A DNA stretch of 64,000 bases, taken from Octopus sinensis. Lineage: Eukaryota. Position 1 is the stretch's first letter. Each line of letters begins with the position of its first letter. Made by a program: the position numbers and the translations under genes. The stretch spans positions 22,072,001 to 22,136,000 of the forward strand of contig NC_043018.1 of assembly GCF_006345805.1 (NCBI RefSeq), in the 5' to 3' direction. The notes below the pieces were generated by a model. That model saw only the letters and a program-made list of their open reading frames with translations, did not search any database and was not told the origin of the DNA. Of this stretch, positions 1-12,960 are shown piece by piece.

Positions 1-549
1 ACCAACTTCACGGCAGGAGGTGCAGATGAGGGCAGCTGCATCGAACTCTCTCATGCACCAAATGGCAATTGCTAAAAAGCATTCGTGAAGTAAAATCATG
101 TAGCAACACCAAATGGCGGTGCCCCAGCATGGCCACAGCTCGTGAGCTGAAACTAGATAAAATAAAATAAAAAAAAAATAGAGGTGACCGTTTAACGTAG
201 AGACAAAGGGCTACCAGATAGTTTCTGTTAAAATCGCTACAGTTCTTTACACTATCTTCATTTTAACATTTCTGTGTCAACTTCTGGTTGATAGCCCTCT
301 TGTTAGTTCTCTTGCTGATAGCTCTCTCATTCCCTGTCCCACATTCAAGAATTTGACCCAATCACATATCTGATAACATTGATACGGTTCGCGTTTTTGC
401 TGTTGATGAAAAACATTCGCTTTCTAAAAAGCCCTTAACTCAGATACGTGCACATACGTTCATTCATCATAAAGTTTACTCTTTGTTAATTCACAAAGAG
501 CTTTTAACTGTTTTTTTTTATATATTCGTTTATCCATTTTATGCTTATT

Positions 550-895
550 GTACTTGCTTCAGTCATTAGACTGCGCCCATTCTGAGGCAACGCCTTAAAG
601 TGTTCAATCGAACAAATCGGCCCCCAGTATTTTTTATGTGGTACTTTTTCTGTGGGTGTCTTTTTCGCGAACTACGATGGTAAATAAACTAACACCGGTT
701 GTCAAGCAGCAAGCAGCGCATCCCCTCCCTTACATGTATGGTTGGATTATATAGTTTCTGTCTCCAAAATCCACTCTTAGAATATTGGGTCGGGTCAGGT
801 TTGTAGTAAAAGACATTCTCTCAAGGTGCCGCAACTGTGGGACTGAACCCGAAACCACTTAGTTGAGAAGCGAACTTTTTAACCACATAGTCATG
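550..895 (-). mobile_element. Degenerate SINE family B copy
   Basis: Diverged matches to family B tail (cttcagtcattagactgcg) and head (gggactgaacccgaaaccac). Confidence 0.7.
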
Positions 896-1467
896 TCCAA
901 ATTACATGCATCGAAGTATGGTGGCCTGGAGGTCTGAACATGTTATATTTTCAAAAAAATTACGCTGATTTTATGCTCCTTCATCATTATCATCCCGAAA
1001 AATTCCTTAGTTATCATCACGGCATGTTTCCATATTTATGGAAGCCCTCAAGTATAACTGACACTTAATTCTTATGGGAACATTTAGACTTGTTTTATGC
1101 ATATGCCAGCTTCCAAATGAGTTGTGTTAATTTTGTAGTATTTCCAAACATCAGCCAAGATGGAAATTTATAGTTTTATAACGAAACTAATGAAAGTAGC
1201 CACTGTGTAACCAAAGCTCTCTTGTAAATTCTTTGATGATCTAGAATCGATGAGCAGCTAAATGGGCAATCCATTTGGTGGCACCTCGCCTGAGACTCTA
1301 CCTTGTTTTATATGTTACAAACTACTTGTTTTAAAGATGATTTAAATTTAAATCTTTCATCAAAATTTCCTGTTCATTTATGCTCCAAATGCCAGTTAAA
1401 TAACGACAAAATTATTTTTCTTAATTCTTCGTTATTTCAAAATGAAAGGGATCACATTTCAAAGAAA

Positions 1468-1866
1468 TCTTTATATATAAAAGTGAGATTGTGTGCTGTC
1501 TGTCTCCTACGATTTAGATTCCTAACTACTCCCACATTTTGCGGTGCAGTTTAACCAAAACCGGGTATCTTATAGTCATGATTCATATCGAGCCCTTCTG
1601 GGTATTAGCGCGCGTCTACGATGAGTCTACGATAAAAAAAAAATTACCATCAATTTTCCCCATTTTTAATGCATTTTTGGCATATATAAGGGAAGTAACT
1701 CTCTAAAAATTTATTATTAAATCTCAGAACGTAAAAAGTTACAGTAAACCCCCCCCCACACTTTGTGGTTAGCCATATTGAGGTGGCTATTATACTTTAC
1801 ATCTCTAAAAATGCTTATATCGTTATTTCCCTTACAAACCCGAGCAACGCCGGGCGATACTGCTAG
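1468..1866 (+). mobile_element. Non-autonomous Helitron, copy 1 (~400 bp)
   Basis: Inserted between A and T, starts TC(tttatatataaaa), ends CTAG, subterminal hairpin cccgagcaacgccggg at 1839-1854, no TSD. Near-identical copies at 10752 and 13605. Confidence 0.9.
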
Positions 1867-1949
1867 TTTAGTAATAAAAAGATTAAGGTTCATAATTTGC
1901 GCATCACTCCCTCAAATAGGTTTTTAATTATTTTTTATTTATAATTATT

Positions 1950-2146
1950 AAGGCAGTGGAGATGGCCAAACCATTAGCACGCTCGGTGACATTTCGTTCG
2001 TCTTTTCGATCTGAGTTCAAATTCACCGGGATTGACTTTGCCTTTTATCCTTTCGGGGTCGATAAAATAAGTACCATAAAATAAGCACTGGGATCAATGA
2101 AATCGCCTTATCCACTCCCCACAAAGGCCTGGTGCTTATAATAGAA
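1950..2146 (+). mobile_element. Degenerate SINE family A copy with (ATT)n tail
   Basis: B-box-like gagttcaaattc, core gactttgccttttatcctttcggggtcgataaaataagtacc, followed by (ATT)n. Confidence 0.75.
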
Positions 2147-2149
2147 ACG

Positions 2150-2201
<52 letters not shown>

Positions 2202-2727
2202 TTGAGTGAGAGAGCTGTGCATGCCATCAAAGTGACACTAGGGTAAAATATACAAAGCCCAGTATACCCATCATGACTACCTGTCTGATAAAGGTACACC
2301 AGGCACATGCATCACAACCATATGTGCGCGACATGGTGATCTTATATCAAGATAAACAGCGTATGACCTTGAAGGTGGGGCCCAGTTAGATTTTTTTTTC
2401 TGGTCGAGTAACCCATCCTGCTCAAAAGGTCCTTGAATAAGGGTTGTTTAAGGATGGTGAATGAAACACCTATGTTTCCAGAGGTGAATTATTCAAACCC
2501 CAAAGAATCCCTCTCAACACATGGCTATGATGCTCCCCCACTACTTCTGCTCATGATCAGAGATGCACATATCGTCAGCCACTAAGGGACATGCTCAACT
2601 GGTTAAGGTCAAACGACTGACAAGCAAATCTGTGGTATTGAGCAGAATATTTGCTGTAGCCTAACTTTTATACCAAGACAAAACAATGTACATGATAACA
2701 CTTCCAATCAGATAAGATCAGAAGCCT
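2150..2727 (-). mobile_element. Non-coding retroelement 3' segment inserted in an (ATT)n tract
   Basis: ~530 bp block of higher GC flanked on both sides by (ATT)n, read as an (AAT)n tail on the minus strand. Family not assignable from sequence alone. Confidence 0.45.
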
Positions 2728-3333
2728 ATTATTATTATTATTAAAAAAATTTTTTTTATCATCATCATCATCATCATCATCATCATTATTATTACTATTA
2801 TTATTATTAGAAGTGGTGATGAAACTGCTTGAGAAATGACAGAAAAATCGAAATTTCAGCCAATCAGCTAATGTGTCGTGCTACCACCGGTATTGACGTT
2901 GTACTGAATCTAATCTGGAATCTCTCAAATTTATCAAATATATCGGAACTGCTTCAATTTTATACGTAGAAACCTGTCACACACACACACATACAAAAAA
3001 ATCTTGCATTGTTTTCTGTATATTCTGTCAAACAGTTTTCCCTTCTAAAAAATAAATTTATTCTTTTTTTTGTTAAAATGCAAATACAAAATATATAACT
3101 GCGAACAAAAGAAAACGGTTACTTTAAGGGAAGCACTATTGAAGCAGGTTTATGTCTTTCAGCTCCTAATGTGATTTATCAATTTTATTTAAGCAAAAAT
3201 ATTGAATTATTGACTAGTAAAGTGCTTGCCTTCAGGCTGTTTTGTCGTGGTTTGTTTTCAGTTTATAGAGAAGCTTGTTGAAACCCCCCCCCCCAAAAAA
3301 AAAACCATAAAAAAGCTGCTTTGGTGTTACGAT

Positions 3334-3434
3334 AAATTGCCTTGAGAAATTAGTAAATAACGAAATTGCCTTGAGAAATTAGTAAATAACGAAATTGCCT
3401 TGAGAAATTAGTAAATAACGAAATTGCCTTGAGA
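3334..3434. repeat. 29-bp minisatellite, ~3.5 copies
   Basis: aaattgccttgagaaattagtaaataacg at 3334, 3363 and 3392, partial at 3421. Confidence 0.95.
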
Positions 3435-3979
3435 GATTGCCAAGTAGATATTCCCTGTCGACTATAAAACGCTTCGGCCTAAGTTTACCGAACTTCCGAA
3501 ATGAATTTATCTGCAATTGACGAGACTCTTATCTATGTAAAGACTTTACCATTTTCCCTAGTTTAAGGGGGAAATGATAAAAGGGAGCGAGTATCTGCCC
3601 CTTCAATCTCGGTTTCGTGAGAAAGTTGAAATAATTGAGTATCGTATTTTTCCTATCTTTAGACTGCACACAAGTGTACGTGGCCTGATGGGAACGACAG
3701 GATGTCTATTCACGACTAAATAGGCGTGGCTGTATGGTTAAGGAGCTCGCTGTCCAACCATGAGATCCTTGGTTCAGACAAGCTGTGCGGCACCTTGAGC
3801 ATGTGTCTTCTACTAAAGCCGTGTGAGCGGATTTTGTGTGTGTATGTGTATGTGTGTGTGTGTATTTGTGTATCTGACTTTAGGGACGGATGAAAGCCAA
3901 AGGTGACCTCGACAGAATTTGAACTCGGGACGTAAGGATGAGCGAAATGCCGCTAGGCATTTTGTCCGGCGTTTTCATT

Positions 3980-4152
3980 CTTTTATTTGTTTGTCATTTG
4001 ACTGCGAACATGCTGGAGCACCGCCTTTAGTCGAGAAAATCGACTCCAGGACTTATTCTTTGTAAGCCTAGTACTTATTATATCGGTGTCTTTTGCCGAA
4101 CCGCTAAGTTACGAGTACGTAAACACACCAGCATCGGTTGTCAAGCGATGTT

Positions 4153-4202
<50 letters not shown>

Positions 4203-4373
4203 GTAGATACGATAGGCGTCTTTCAGACTCCGTCTACCAAATCCACTCACACAGCTTTGGTCGGCCCGAGGTTATAGTAGAAGACACTTGCCCAAGGTGC
4301 CACGCAGTGGGACTGAACCCGGAACCATGTGGTTGGGGAGCAAGCTACTTACCACACAACCACTCCTGCTCCT
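3980..4373 (-). mobile_element. SINE family B (tRNA-like head, internal microsatellite, tail ending gactgaaacaagtaaaag)
   Basis: Reverse complement of head ggagtggttgtgtggtaagtagcttgc...ggttccgggttcagtcccactgcgtggcacc, internal (CA)n at 4157-4200, conserved tail. Confidence 0.9.
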
Positions 4374-5269
4374 AACGTCTTACATATTACCAAGTCATTT
4401 CTGTCTTGCAAGCTCCGGTAATGCCTCAAAGTACACATGTAGAGAGATAAGCGGACATATTGTAATTTTAGCAATGTTTACAAAGCCTTTTTAATGTTAC
4501 ACTTTCTTAATGATCAAACTGCCGAAAGAGCTAAACCCCTTCCAAAATAGAGAAAACTAATGATAGTAATTTCTGCGGTAAATTACTTAATTATATATTG
4601 ATTTAGTATGGATGAAATAGTAAAAGCCTATAATCTTTTGGAGATAGACGGGATATGAACAATTGCGTTTCATTCACGTAAAATTTTTCCGTTGATATTG
4701 GCGATCGTAAATCTCATAATTTTGCTAATCCTGTTACTTTGATATCTGTGATTAATAAACATGTGATATATTCATAAACCTGTGTGTGCGTATGTATGCG
4801 TGTGTGTGTGTGTGCGTATTGTACGTGTACGTGTGTGTACATATGTATGTATATATGTGTGTATATGTACATATGTATATATTAACCTGTATGTACATTG
4901 TCATCATCATCAGTTTTCCATGCTGGCATGGGTTGGACGGCTTGACAGGAGCTGGTAAGCCTGAAGACTGCACCAGACTTCTTTGTTTTGGCATATTTTT
5001 TTTTACGACTGGATGCTCTTCCTGTCCTGACACTAACTACCTTACAGAGTTATGTGTAGACCAACCCTTTGTTTATCCGTGCATCATATATAATACACAA
5101 TACCATTATTTTTTTAAACCAGAGTCTCTTGTGACTTGAGAAAGGAAAGCTTTATATTACCCAAAGCGTATGACACAAGAGTTCATTACAAGTCTGCAAA
5201 TAAGTCTTAACGACGCTTAGAACAAATTTATGAAAAATATATCGGACAGGCAAAAGATTAATCTACACG

Positions 5270-5274
5270 TGATA

Positions 5275-5354
<80 letters not shown>

Positions 5355-5575
5355 GTTTCTACACTTTGTACGCGTGATGTATGTATATCAATTCACGTTA
5401 ACATGTGATACATATATATTAATCTATATCAGCATGCGATCTATATATTAATCTATAATACTAAATATAACAAAATTTTTACGTTTGATATAAACATTAT
5501 CGAACACGTTTTCACAAAACAAACCTATCTTATTTATATCAAAAATACGCTCAAGAAATACTTGTATTCTGTAAT

Positions 5576-5629
<54 letters not shown>

Positions 5630-5788
5630 ATATATATATGTGTATATATATATATATATGTGTGTGTATATATATATGTGTATATATATATGTGTGTATA
5701 TATATATGTGTATATATATATGTGTGTATATATATATGTGTGTATATATATATGTGTGTATATATATATGTGTATATATATATATGTG

Positions 5789-5827
<39 letters not shown>

Positions 5828-5834
5828 GTGTATA

Positions 5835-5867
<33 letters not shown>

Positions 5868-5930
5868 GGCCTCAGTCAAATGACTGAAACAAGTAAAAGC
5901 GAGAGTATATATATATATATACACACACAC
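5270..5930. repeat. (TA)n/(TG)n compound microsatellites
   Basis: Tracts at ~5278-5348 and ~5575-5870; source of the spurious YI-rich ORFs. Confidence 0.95.
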
Positions 5931-6423
5931 TTTATTTTAGATATTCTTTGCTGCTCTTTATCACACCATTGTACTTCCTGCCTCTTTTATATATTTATTT
6001 ATTTATTTATTTAATTTTTTCGGTGATTGATAGCTTCTCTCCCTCTGCAGTTGCATCTTCCGTGCTCCCATTTTAAAACTTATAATTGGCACGATCTATT
6101 CTTGCACACTTCAATCTCTCCACATCTTTCCATTTCCTTTTACATCCTTCAAACCTATGCAGAAATCGTACGAGAATCGTTAGTGACTGCAGTTTCAGCA
6201 ACGAATACCATTAGTTACACGCTCTTTGCTAAGCAACATGCTGTTATTCAGCCCCAGGTCATCTCTGATCGTGCAAACCTAATTCAGATGCTTTCTAGTC
6301 GTGACCATTGCGTCTTTTTCTACGCATGTGTGTGTGTGTGTGTGTGTGTGTGCAATACAGATATATATATATATATTTTAGTGTGTGTATGTATATGCGT
6401 GTATGTACAATTGTGCATGGAGC

Positions 6424-6454
<31 letters not shown>

Positions 6455-6884
6455 GATAGATATATATATAGATAGATATATTATTCACTCTTACCTTTTA
6501 AAGGTCTTAAAAGGCAATAGGTGTAGTTTGAATAAGCTATGGCTGCTATTTCTGCAAATCGAAAACCTATGTATAGGGTCCTCTGTTGGCTCACCAAAGC
6601 AACATTTTTTTGTTCATCTTGTTACAGTCTATAACTGGAGTCTGTCGACAGTTACAGTAGAAGGAGGCAGGGTTGTTCCAAAATAATTGCTACATGACTG
6701 AAATGTTTGATCAACAAGAGCATTAACACGCATTAAATGATTCGACATTAGGAGCTCGTGTCCTTGAGACTGTCCGACTTTGTCATCAACTTTCTATGTC
6801 AATCCGTATGTGCATAGCAATGTGTGTGGGTAGCAACGTAAGCGTGTGCCAGTGCGTGATTGTGTATGCGTGTATAAATATATA

Positions 6885-7262
6885 CTCTTTTGCTCGTTTC
6901 AGTCATTTGACTGTGGCCATGCTGGAGCACCACCTTCAGTCGAGCAAATCGACCCCCAGGACTTATTCTTCGAAAGCCTAGTACTTATTCTATCGGACAA
7001 TTTTTGCCGAACCGCTAAGTTACGGGGACGTAAACACCCCTGCATCGGTTGTCAAGTGATGTTGGGGGGTGGGGGGAAACAGACACACAAACATACTCAC
7101 ACATATATACGACGGACTTCTTTCAGTTTCTGTCTACCAAATCCACTCACAAGGCTTTGGTCAGCCCGAGGCTATAGTAGAAGACACTTGCACAAGGTAC
7201 TACGCAGTGGAACTGAACCCGAAACCATGTGGTTCGTAGGGAAGCTACTTACCACACAGTCA

Positions 7263-7266
<4 letters not shown>
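6885..7266 (-). mobile_element. SINE family B copy
   Basis: Full head and tail match; head abuts a (TA)n tract. Confidence 0.9.
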
Positions 7267-7300
<34 letters not shown>

Positions 7301-7499
7301 CTTGTGTGTATGGATGGTGTATGCCGGTGTGTCAGTATGCGGGTCAGTGTAAGGCGGTGAGCTGGGAGAATGGTTAGCACGGTGGACGAAATACTTAGTG
7401 GTATTTCGTTTGCCGCTACGTTCTGAGTTCAGATTCCGTAGAAGCGAACTTTTCCATTCATCCTTTCGGGGTCGATTAAATAAGTACCAGTTACGCACT

Positions 7500-9210
7500 A
7501 TACGTGGTGGGTCGAGAAATTGGACGCCAGTTCAATGCCGAAACAAGTAAGTTTCCAGGATATTTAAAAAAAATATAATGTAAACATTCTTTGGAAGGAT
7601 GGTAATTAGCTGTCGCCAAAAAGGAAAAACAAAAGAAAAAGCATTATAAACTACTTTTTTAAATAAAGGATGATATAACAGGTTTAAGTGAATGAAATAT
7701 TAAGAATTTTAATAAATTAAGAAAAGACCCTGAAAGTGAAAGTAACTTTAAGACAAATGTTGTTGAAGAGATTTTGAAACAAGAAGTTTTGAAATGAATA
7801 TTAACAGATTTCAAGGTGGTGCTACAGTATGGCCGCAGTTTAGTAAATTAAGCAAGTAAAAGAGTCTAAGAAATTCTATTGAGAATCGTACTGTGACATC
7901 ATTATGAAGCAATATCAAACCGGAAGCTAGGGATTTGGGAGAAATAGATTTACTGAGATTAGAGTGGAATATAAAACATCAATAAATAGAATTCAAATAT
8001 ATTGAGAGAATCTAGTGAACGAAAGTATTCATTTCATAAAATGTATGATGATTAAGTTAAGAAGAGTTGGAACAGAAAGACAATAATATTGGAAACCTGG
8101 TGCAGTATATCCAACAGAGAATTTACTGAAACGAGTAAGATCAGTAGCAACTGGAAGGTTCCAGAAATTAATGACGTCTGCCATTTCTGGTTAAGTAACT
8201 TTTGCCAATCATATGAATTTCTGGCCCCGACTTCAAGCGAAAATACTTAAAGAAGAAAACAACCGACACGACACTAGTTATTGGAGGAGAAAGCAATATC
8301 AATTTCATAAAAATAACACGATCAGGGACCCCCAAAAACTATCGACCGTTAAACTGTTTACGAACATTATACACATCTTTGACATCTATTTCAAGCAAAA
8401 GGCTAGTTGCTCAATTGGAAACCAGAGAAGCAGTAGTGTATAAAGAACTGCTATTGGTAAACCGCGCAGTTATTGAAAACAACAAAGAAAGAGAAAAGAT
8501 TGGAAAAGAAGATAAAAACGTTAGCGTGGTAGGAGTTGATTACAGCAAAAGGCTTCGACTTAATATCGCTCTCTTGTATATTGGGAAGCACTGTAAATTT
8601 TGGTATGGCAGACAAAACAACACAATATCAAACAGTATAACATCAATAACACAGCAATAAAAAGAGAGACGATAATAAAAAGCAGCTTTATCAGATATAT
8701 TTACTGTGGATGTTTTATCGAACATGGAAGCACATGGATGTATCTACCATAGGCATACGGCTATGTATGTGCGTGTGACACACACACACACACTGTATGC
8801 ACAGATAGAAAATAGCCTGATGCTGGTGAAAACTAGTTTCAATTGACTACAATGGATCTAGGAAAGTTCTTTGAAGAGAATATAAGTAAATTAAAAGTAA
8901 AATTAATTTTCTTTCCATATATGGAAACGCTCAAGTGTCGAAGAAATAGCCGTATAACATCGAAGAAAGGGCACAAATAGATAAAGATCAAGTACGAAAA
9001 TAATTAAATTTAAAGGATGATTAAATGGAAGTGGAATTCAAAAACCCGGTGAAGGGAAAAATAGAGAAAAGAAAAACAAACTGCTCCATGGTTGTCAATA
9101 TTTATCAAGACTTGACGAGGAGCAATTTGAACCAATATGAAGGCTAAACAAAGGCGGAAAACTTTAAACCAAAGATAAGCTGGAATTTTTGATATTAGCT
9201 GAGTATATCT
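7500..9210 (+). pseudogene. Decayed non-LTR retrotransposon RT ORF, R4/Dong-like
   Basis: Frameshifted motifs in the expected order: NWKVPEINDVCHFWL (from 8149, cf. NWKAPGPDGIxNFWLK), PKNYRPLNCLRTLY (8331-8372, cf. PKNYRPITCLPTxYK), KELLLVNRAVIE...NVSVVGVDYSK (cf. KEQLLID...NLxxAWIDYKKAFD), KLLHGCQY (~9078, cf. KxLHGQY). Many stops. Clade assignment is from motif recall. Confidence 0.8.
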
Positions 9211-9668
9211 TATGTGTAATGAGAAAAAAAAACGCAAAAATAAATTAATTAAAGCAGCTGCCATTAATTGTGGGTTATAAATTCAATAAATAAATACATA
9301 GATACATACATTAATGCATGCATACCTAACTGCATGCATACAAACAGCTAGCACGCATATTACGAATAGGATCTGTAAGCGGAACTGTAAAAACTTGAAG
9401 ACTTTTCTAAAGTTTAGCATGTGACTTTGTCATCAACATTCCAATGCCAGAGCTTCGTATTTTGTTAGAAACCAACTATTTCCTTACTTCAAATAATTAA
9501 AACTAGAAGAGCGCCCCTCCCGCATGTCAGGTCACTGCTGTTATCTCCCTTGAAAGCCACGCTTCAAGTCAACTTCTTTCTCTTCCGGTCATTTCAGTAT
9601 GCGGTGTCTGAGGCGCGTTTGTTCTTTCTCTCTTTTCTCTCCTCATCTACCCCTTCCGAAAAAAGGAC

Positions 9669-9882
9669 TTACTCTTTTACTCTTTTATGTGTTTCAGTCA
9701 TTTGACTGTGGCCATGCTGGAGCACCGCCTTTAGTCGAGCAAATCGACCCCAGCACTTATTCTTTGTAAGCCTTGTACTTATTCTATCGGTCTCATTTAC
9801 CGAAGCGCTAAGTTACTGGGACGTAAACACACCAGCATCGGTTGTCAAGCGATGTTGGGGGGACAAACACACACACAAACAT

Positions 9883-9921
<39 letters not shown>

Positions 9922-10092
9922 CATATATACGACGGGCTTCTTTCAGTTTCCGTCTACCAAATCCACTCACAAGGCTTTGGTCGGCCCGAGGCTATAGTAG
10001 AAGACACTTGCCCAAGGTGCCACGCAGTGGGACTGAATCTGGAACCATGTTGTTCGTAAGCAAGCTACTTACCTCACAGCCACTCCTACGCC
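9669..10092 (-). mobile_element. SINE family B, full length
   Basis: Head ggcgtaggagtggctgtg, internal (TA)(CA) tract, tail (agtaaaag)n. Confidence 0.92.
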
Positions 10093-10751
10093 TTATGCAC
10101 GAAACGTTAAAGACTTCTCCCAGTTTTCCTCTGCGTCAACCTAATACACATTGTTAGATTTTTTTTACCGCGTTTTCGTGATTTATAAAAGAAAAAATGT
10201 GTAATACACACACACTTATGACACCAGAGAAAATAATTAAGATAAAAGTATTTATTTCTTTTTTATTTATATATAGAGATGTAAAATGGTAGCCCGCTGC
10301 TTATTTTAGCTTTTTTTTTATCGAGATGTCTAGTGCTAGAGAGGCAATCTTGTGTCTCTGCTTTTAGAGATACACACATCTCTGTATATAAATAATAAAT
10401 CAAAACATACTTCCATCTTTTGACTTATTTTCAGTATCATTATTAATATCTTTCGTTGTATACTTCCAAGAACTCTTATTCCACACACACACACACACAC
10501 ACATCTATATATGTGTGAATAACGATCTCTTAATTAGGTCGTTGTTTATGCTCAGGCCATCTCTGTTCGGTTTGAGTCAATTTATTATCAAAATCTTCTT
10601 CCTTCTGACTCTCCTGAGTATCACTCCGACATAGTGTACCTAGAAGTACATTATTCATTGTGTATACTGTTTATTTTTAAAGACTATGCTGTGATTTATG
10701 AGAGATTTCGCTGCCGTTTTCTACCGGTTTACTCGACCAGCTCGGAAGATA

Positions 10752-11208
10752 TCTTTATATATAAAAGTGAGGTTGTGTGCTGTCTGTCTCCTACGATTTA
10801 GATTCCAAACTACTCCCACATTTTGCGGTGCAGTTTAACCAAAACCGAGTATCTTATAGTCGTGATTCATATCGAGCCCTTCTGGGTATTAGCGCGCGTC
10901 TACGATGAGTCTACGATTAAAAAAAAAAATTACCATCATTTTTCCCATTTTTAATGCATTTTTGGCATATATAAGGGAAGTGACTCTCTAAAAATTTATC
11001 ATTAAATCTCAGAACGTAAAAAGCTACAGTAACACCCCCCCTTTGTGGTTAGCCATATTGTGATGGCTATTATACTTTACATCTCTAAAAATGCTTATAT
11101 AGTTATTTCCCTTACAAACCCGAGCAACGCCGGGCGATACTGCTAGTTTAGTAATAAAAAGATTAAGGTTCATAATTTGCGCATCACAATGCCGGGCGAT
11201 ACTGCTAG
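10752..11208 (+). mobile_element. Non-autonomous Helitron, copy 2, with 3' extension and second CTAG terminus
   Basis: A|TC start at 10752, first CTAG end at 11146, then 41 bp identical to the copy 1 flank, then aatgccgggcgatactgCTAG|T ending at 11208. Confidence 0.9.
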
Positions 11209-11407
11209 TTTACTCATATAAAAGTATATAAACCCATTGAAATGGAAAAGAGCGAAAGGGTTTGTGGAACTGAACCGGATTTGATAAAAACAGAGAACAT
11301 GAGTTTATAATTAAACACCATCAGACGGTTTCCGATTCAAATTAAATCCCGACAACAAGCACATAATTAATTCTCCTCATCATCTCAAATCAGTAACAAA
11401 GCGTATT

Positions 11408-12132
11408 TTAATTTATCGACCCCGAAAGGATGAAAGGCAAAGTCGACCTCGGCGGAATTTGAACTCAGAACGTAACGGCAGACGAAATATCGCTAAGCAT
11501 TTTGCCTGGCGTGTTAACGTTTCTGCCAGCTCACCGCCTTCGTGCGTTCGATTCCTAGTTCGAGAAGTGCTTTGTGCCATTGTGCAGGGCGCTTCATAAC
11601 ACATTGTTCCAGTCTGCTGAATCGAAAAGAAGTACCCAGCTGCCATGCCCTAAAATTGCCGCTGGCTCAAAGAATGCGAGAATCTCTATGTTTGTCCCCT
11701 CTATGTTTAGCCCCTTGTGGGCAATAAAGAAATAAGAAATCGAACACACGACATTTCAGTATGCGTATTTTTGAAGAGATGGCCGTCACCTGCGAATGCG
11801 TATGGCTTGGTAATTTGAAATATATCTTCGTGACTATATAGTTGATTCTCCTTGATTCTCGCATTCTTTGAAGCCAGCGGCAATTTTAGGGCATGGCAGC
11901 CGGGTACTTCTTTTCGATTCAGCAGACTGGAACAATGTGATATGAAGCGCCCTGCACAATGGCACAAAGTACTTCGCCGAACTAGGAATCGAACGCACGA
12001 AGGCGGTGATCTGGCAGAAACGTTAACACGCCAGGCAAAATGCTTAGCGATATTTCGTCTGCCGTTACGTTCTGAGTTCAAATTCCGCCGAGGTCGACTT
12101 TGCCTTTCATCCTTTCGGGATCGATAAATTAA
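11408..12132. repeat. Inverted repeat, ~278-bp arms (11408-11684 and 11854-12132), 169-bp spacer
   Basis: Arms align as reverse complements with few differences; each contains flank DNA plus the 5' half of a SINE-A. Confidence 0.95.
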
Positions 12133-12423
12133 GTACCAGTCGCGCACTGGGGTCGATGTAATCGACTTAATCCCTTTGTCTGTCCTTGTTTGTCCCCTCT
12201 ATGTTTAGCCCCTTGTGGGTAGTAAAGAAATAGGTATTTTGCTGGCCGTTACATTCTGAGTTTAAATTCCGCCGAGGTCGACTTTGCCTTTCATCTTTTC
12301 GGGGTCGATAAATTAAGTACCAGTCGCGCACTGGGGTCGATGTAATCGACTTAATCCCTTTGTCTGTCCTTGTTTGTCCCCTCTATGTTTAGCCCCTTGT
12401 GGGCAATAAAGAAATAAGAAATC
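12002..12423 (+). mobile_element. SINE family A dimer (head plus two cores)
   Basis: A-box-like tggcagaaacgttaa, B-box gagttcaaattcc; second core starts after the junction gaaata|ggtattt at 12233. Confidence 0.9.
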
Positions 12424-12625
12424 GAACACACGACATTATAATCGCAAGACGAAAAATATGGCCTTCCAAGTCACGCGCCTTTACTCCTACAGCATAAATT
12501 GTTTTGGTGTAGCACTCAATATATCGCCTTGTCAAGAACTGAACCCAAAACATTATAATTGTGAGCCGAAAAATATAGCTACCAGGTCACGCGCCTTTAC
12601 ACTTACAGCATAAATGAAGTACCTT

Positions 12626-12960
12626 CATCATCATCATTGTTCGACCGTGGTCGAGACAATGGAATTTACTATGTTACGCCAGACTTCAGGGTCCATCATA
12701 GCATTACGGAGGTCCTGTTGCTGGATGCCTGTATCCCTGGAGATTACATCAGGGTAGGAGAGTGTGCGCCCTCTGGTATTGCGAGTAGATGGCTTCCAGA
12801 GGAGAAGAGTAGAAATTACTTCTTTTTCAGCACTACAACAATGTCCAGCAAACTGGACTCTCCTACCTTCCACAAGAGATGACACAGGTGGTAGTTTCCC
12901 ATATATTTGCATTTTGGTTGGATGGCGCTTCCACGAGAGATTTTGAGCTCTCATAAGGAG
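12626..12960 (-). mobile_element. 5'-truncated RTE-like LINE 3' end with open C-terminal ORF2 fragment
   Basis: ORF 12634-12954 reads RRVQFAGHC...RGRTLSYPDVISRD...AMMDPEVWR, a typical RTE C-terminus. (TGA)n tail; 7-bp TSD GTACCTT at 12619-12625 and 12961-12967. Confidence 0.85.
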
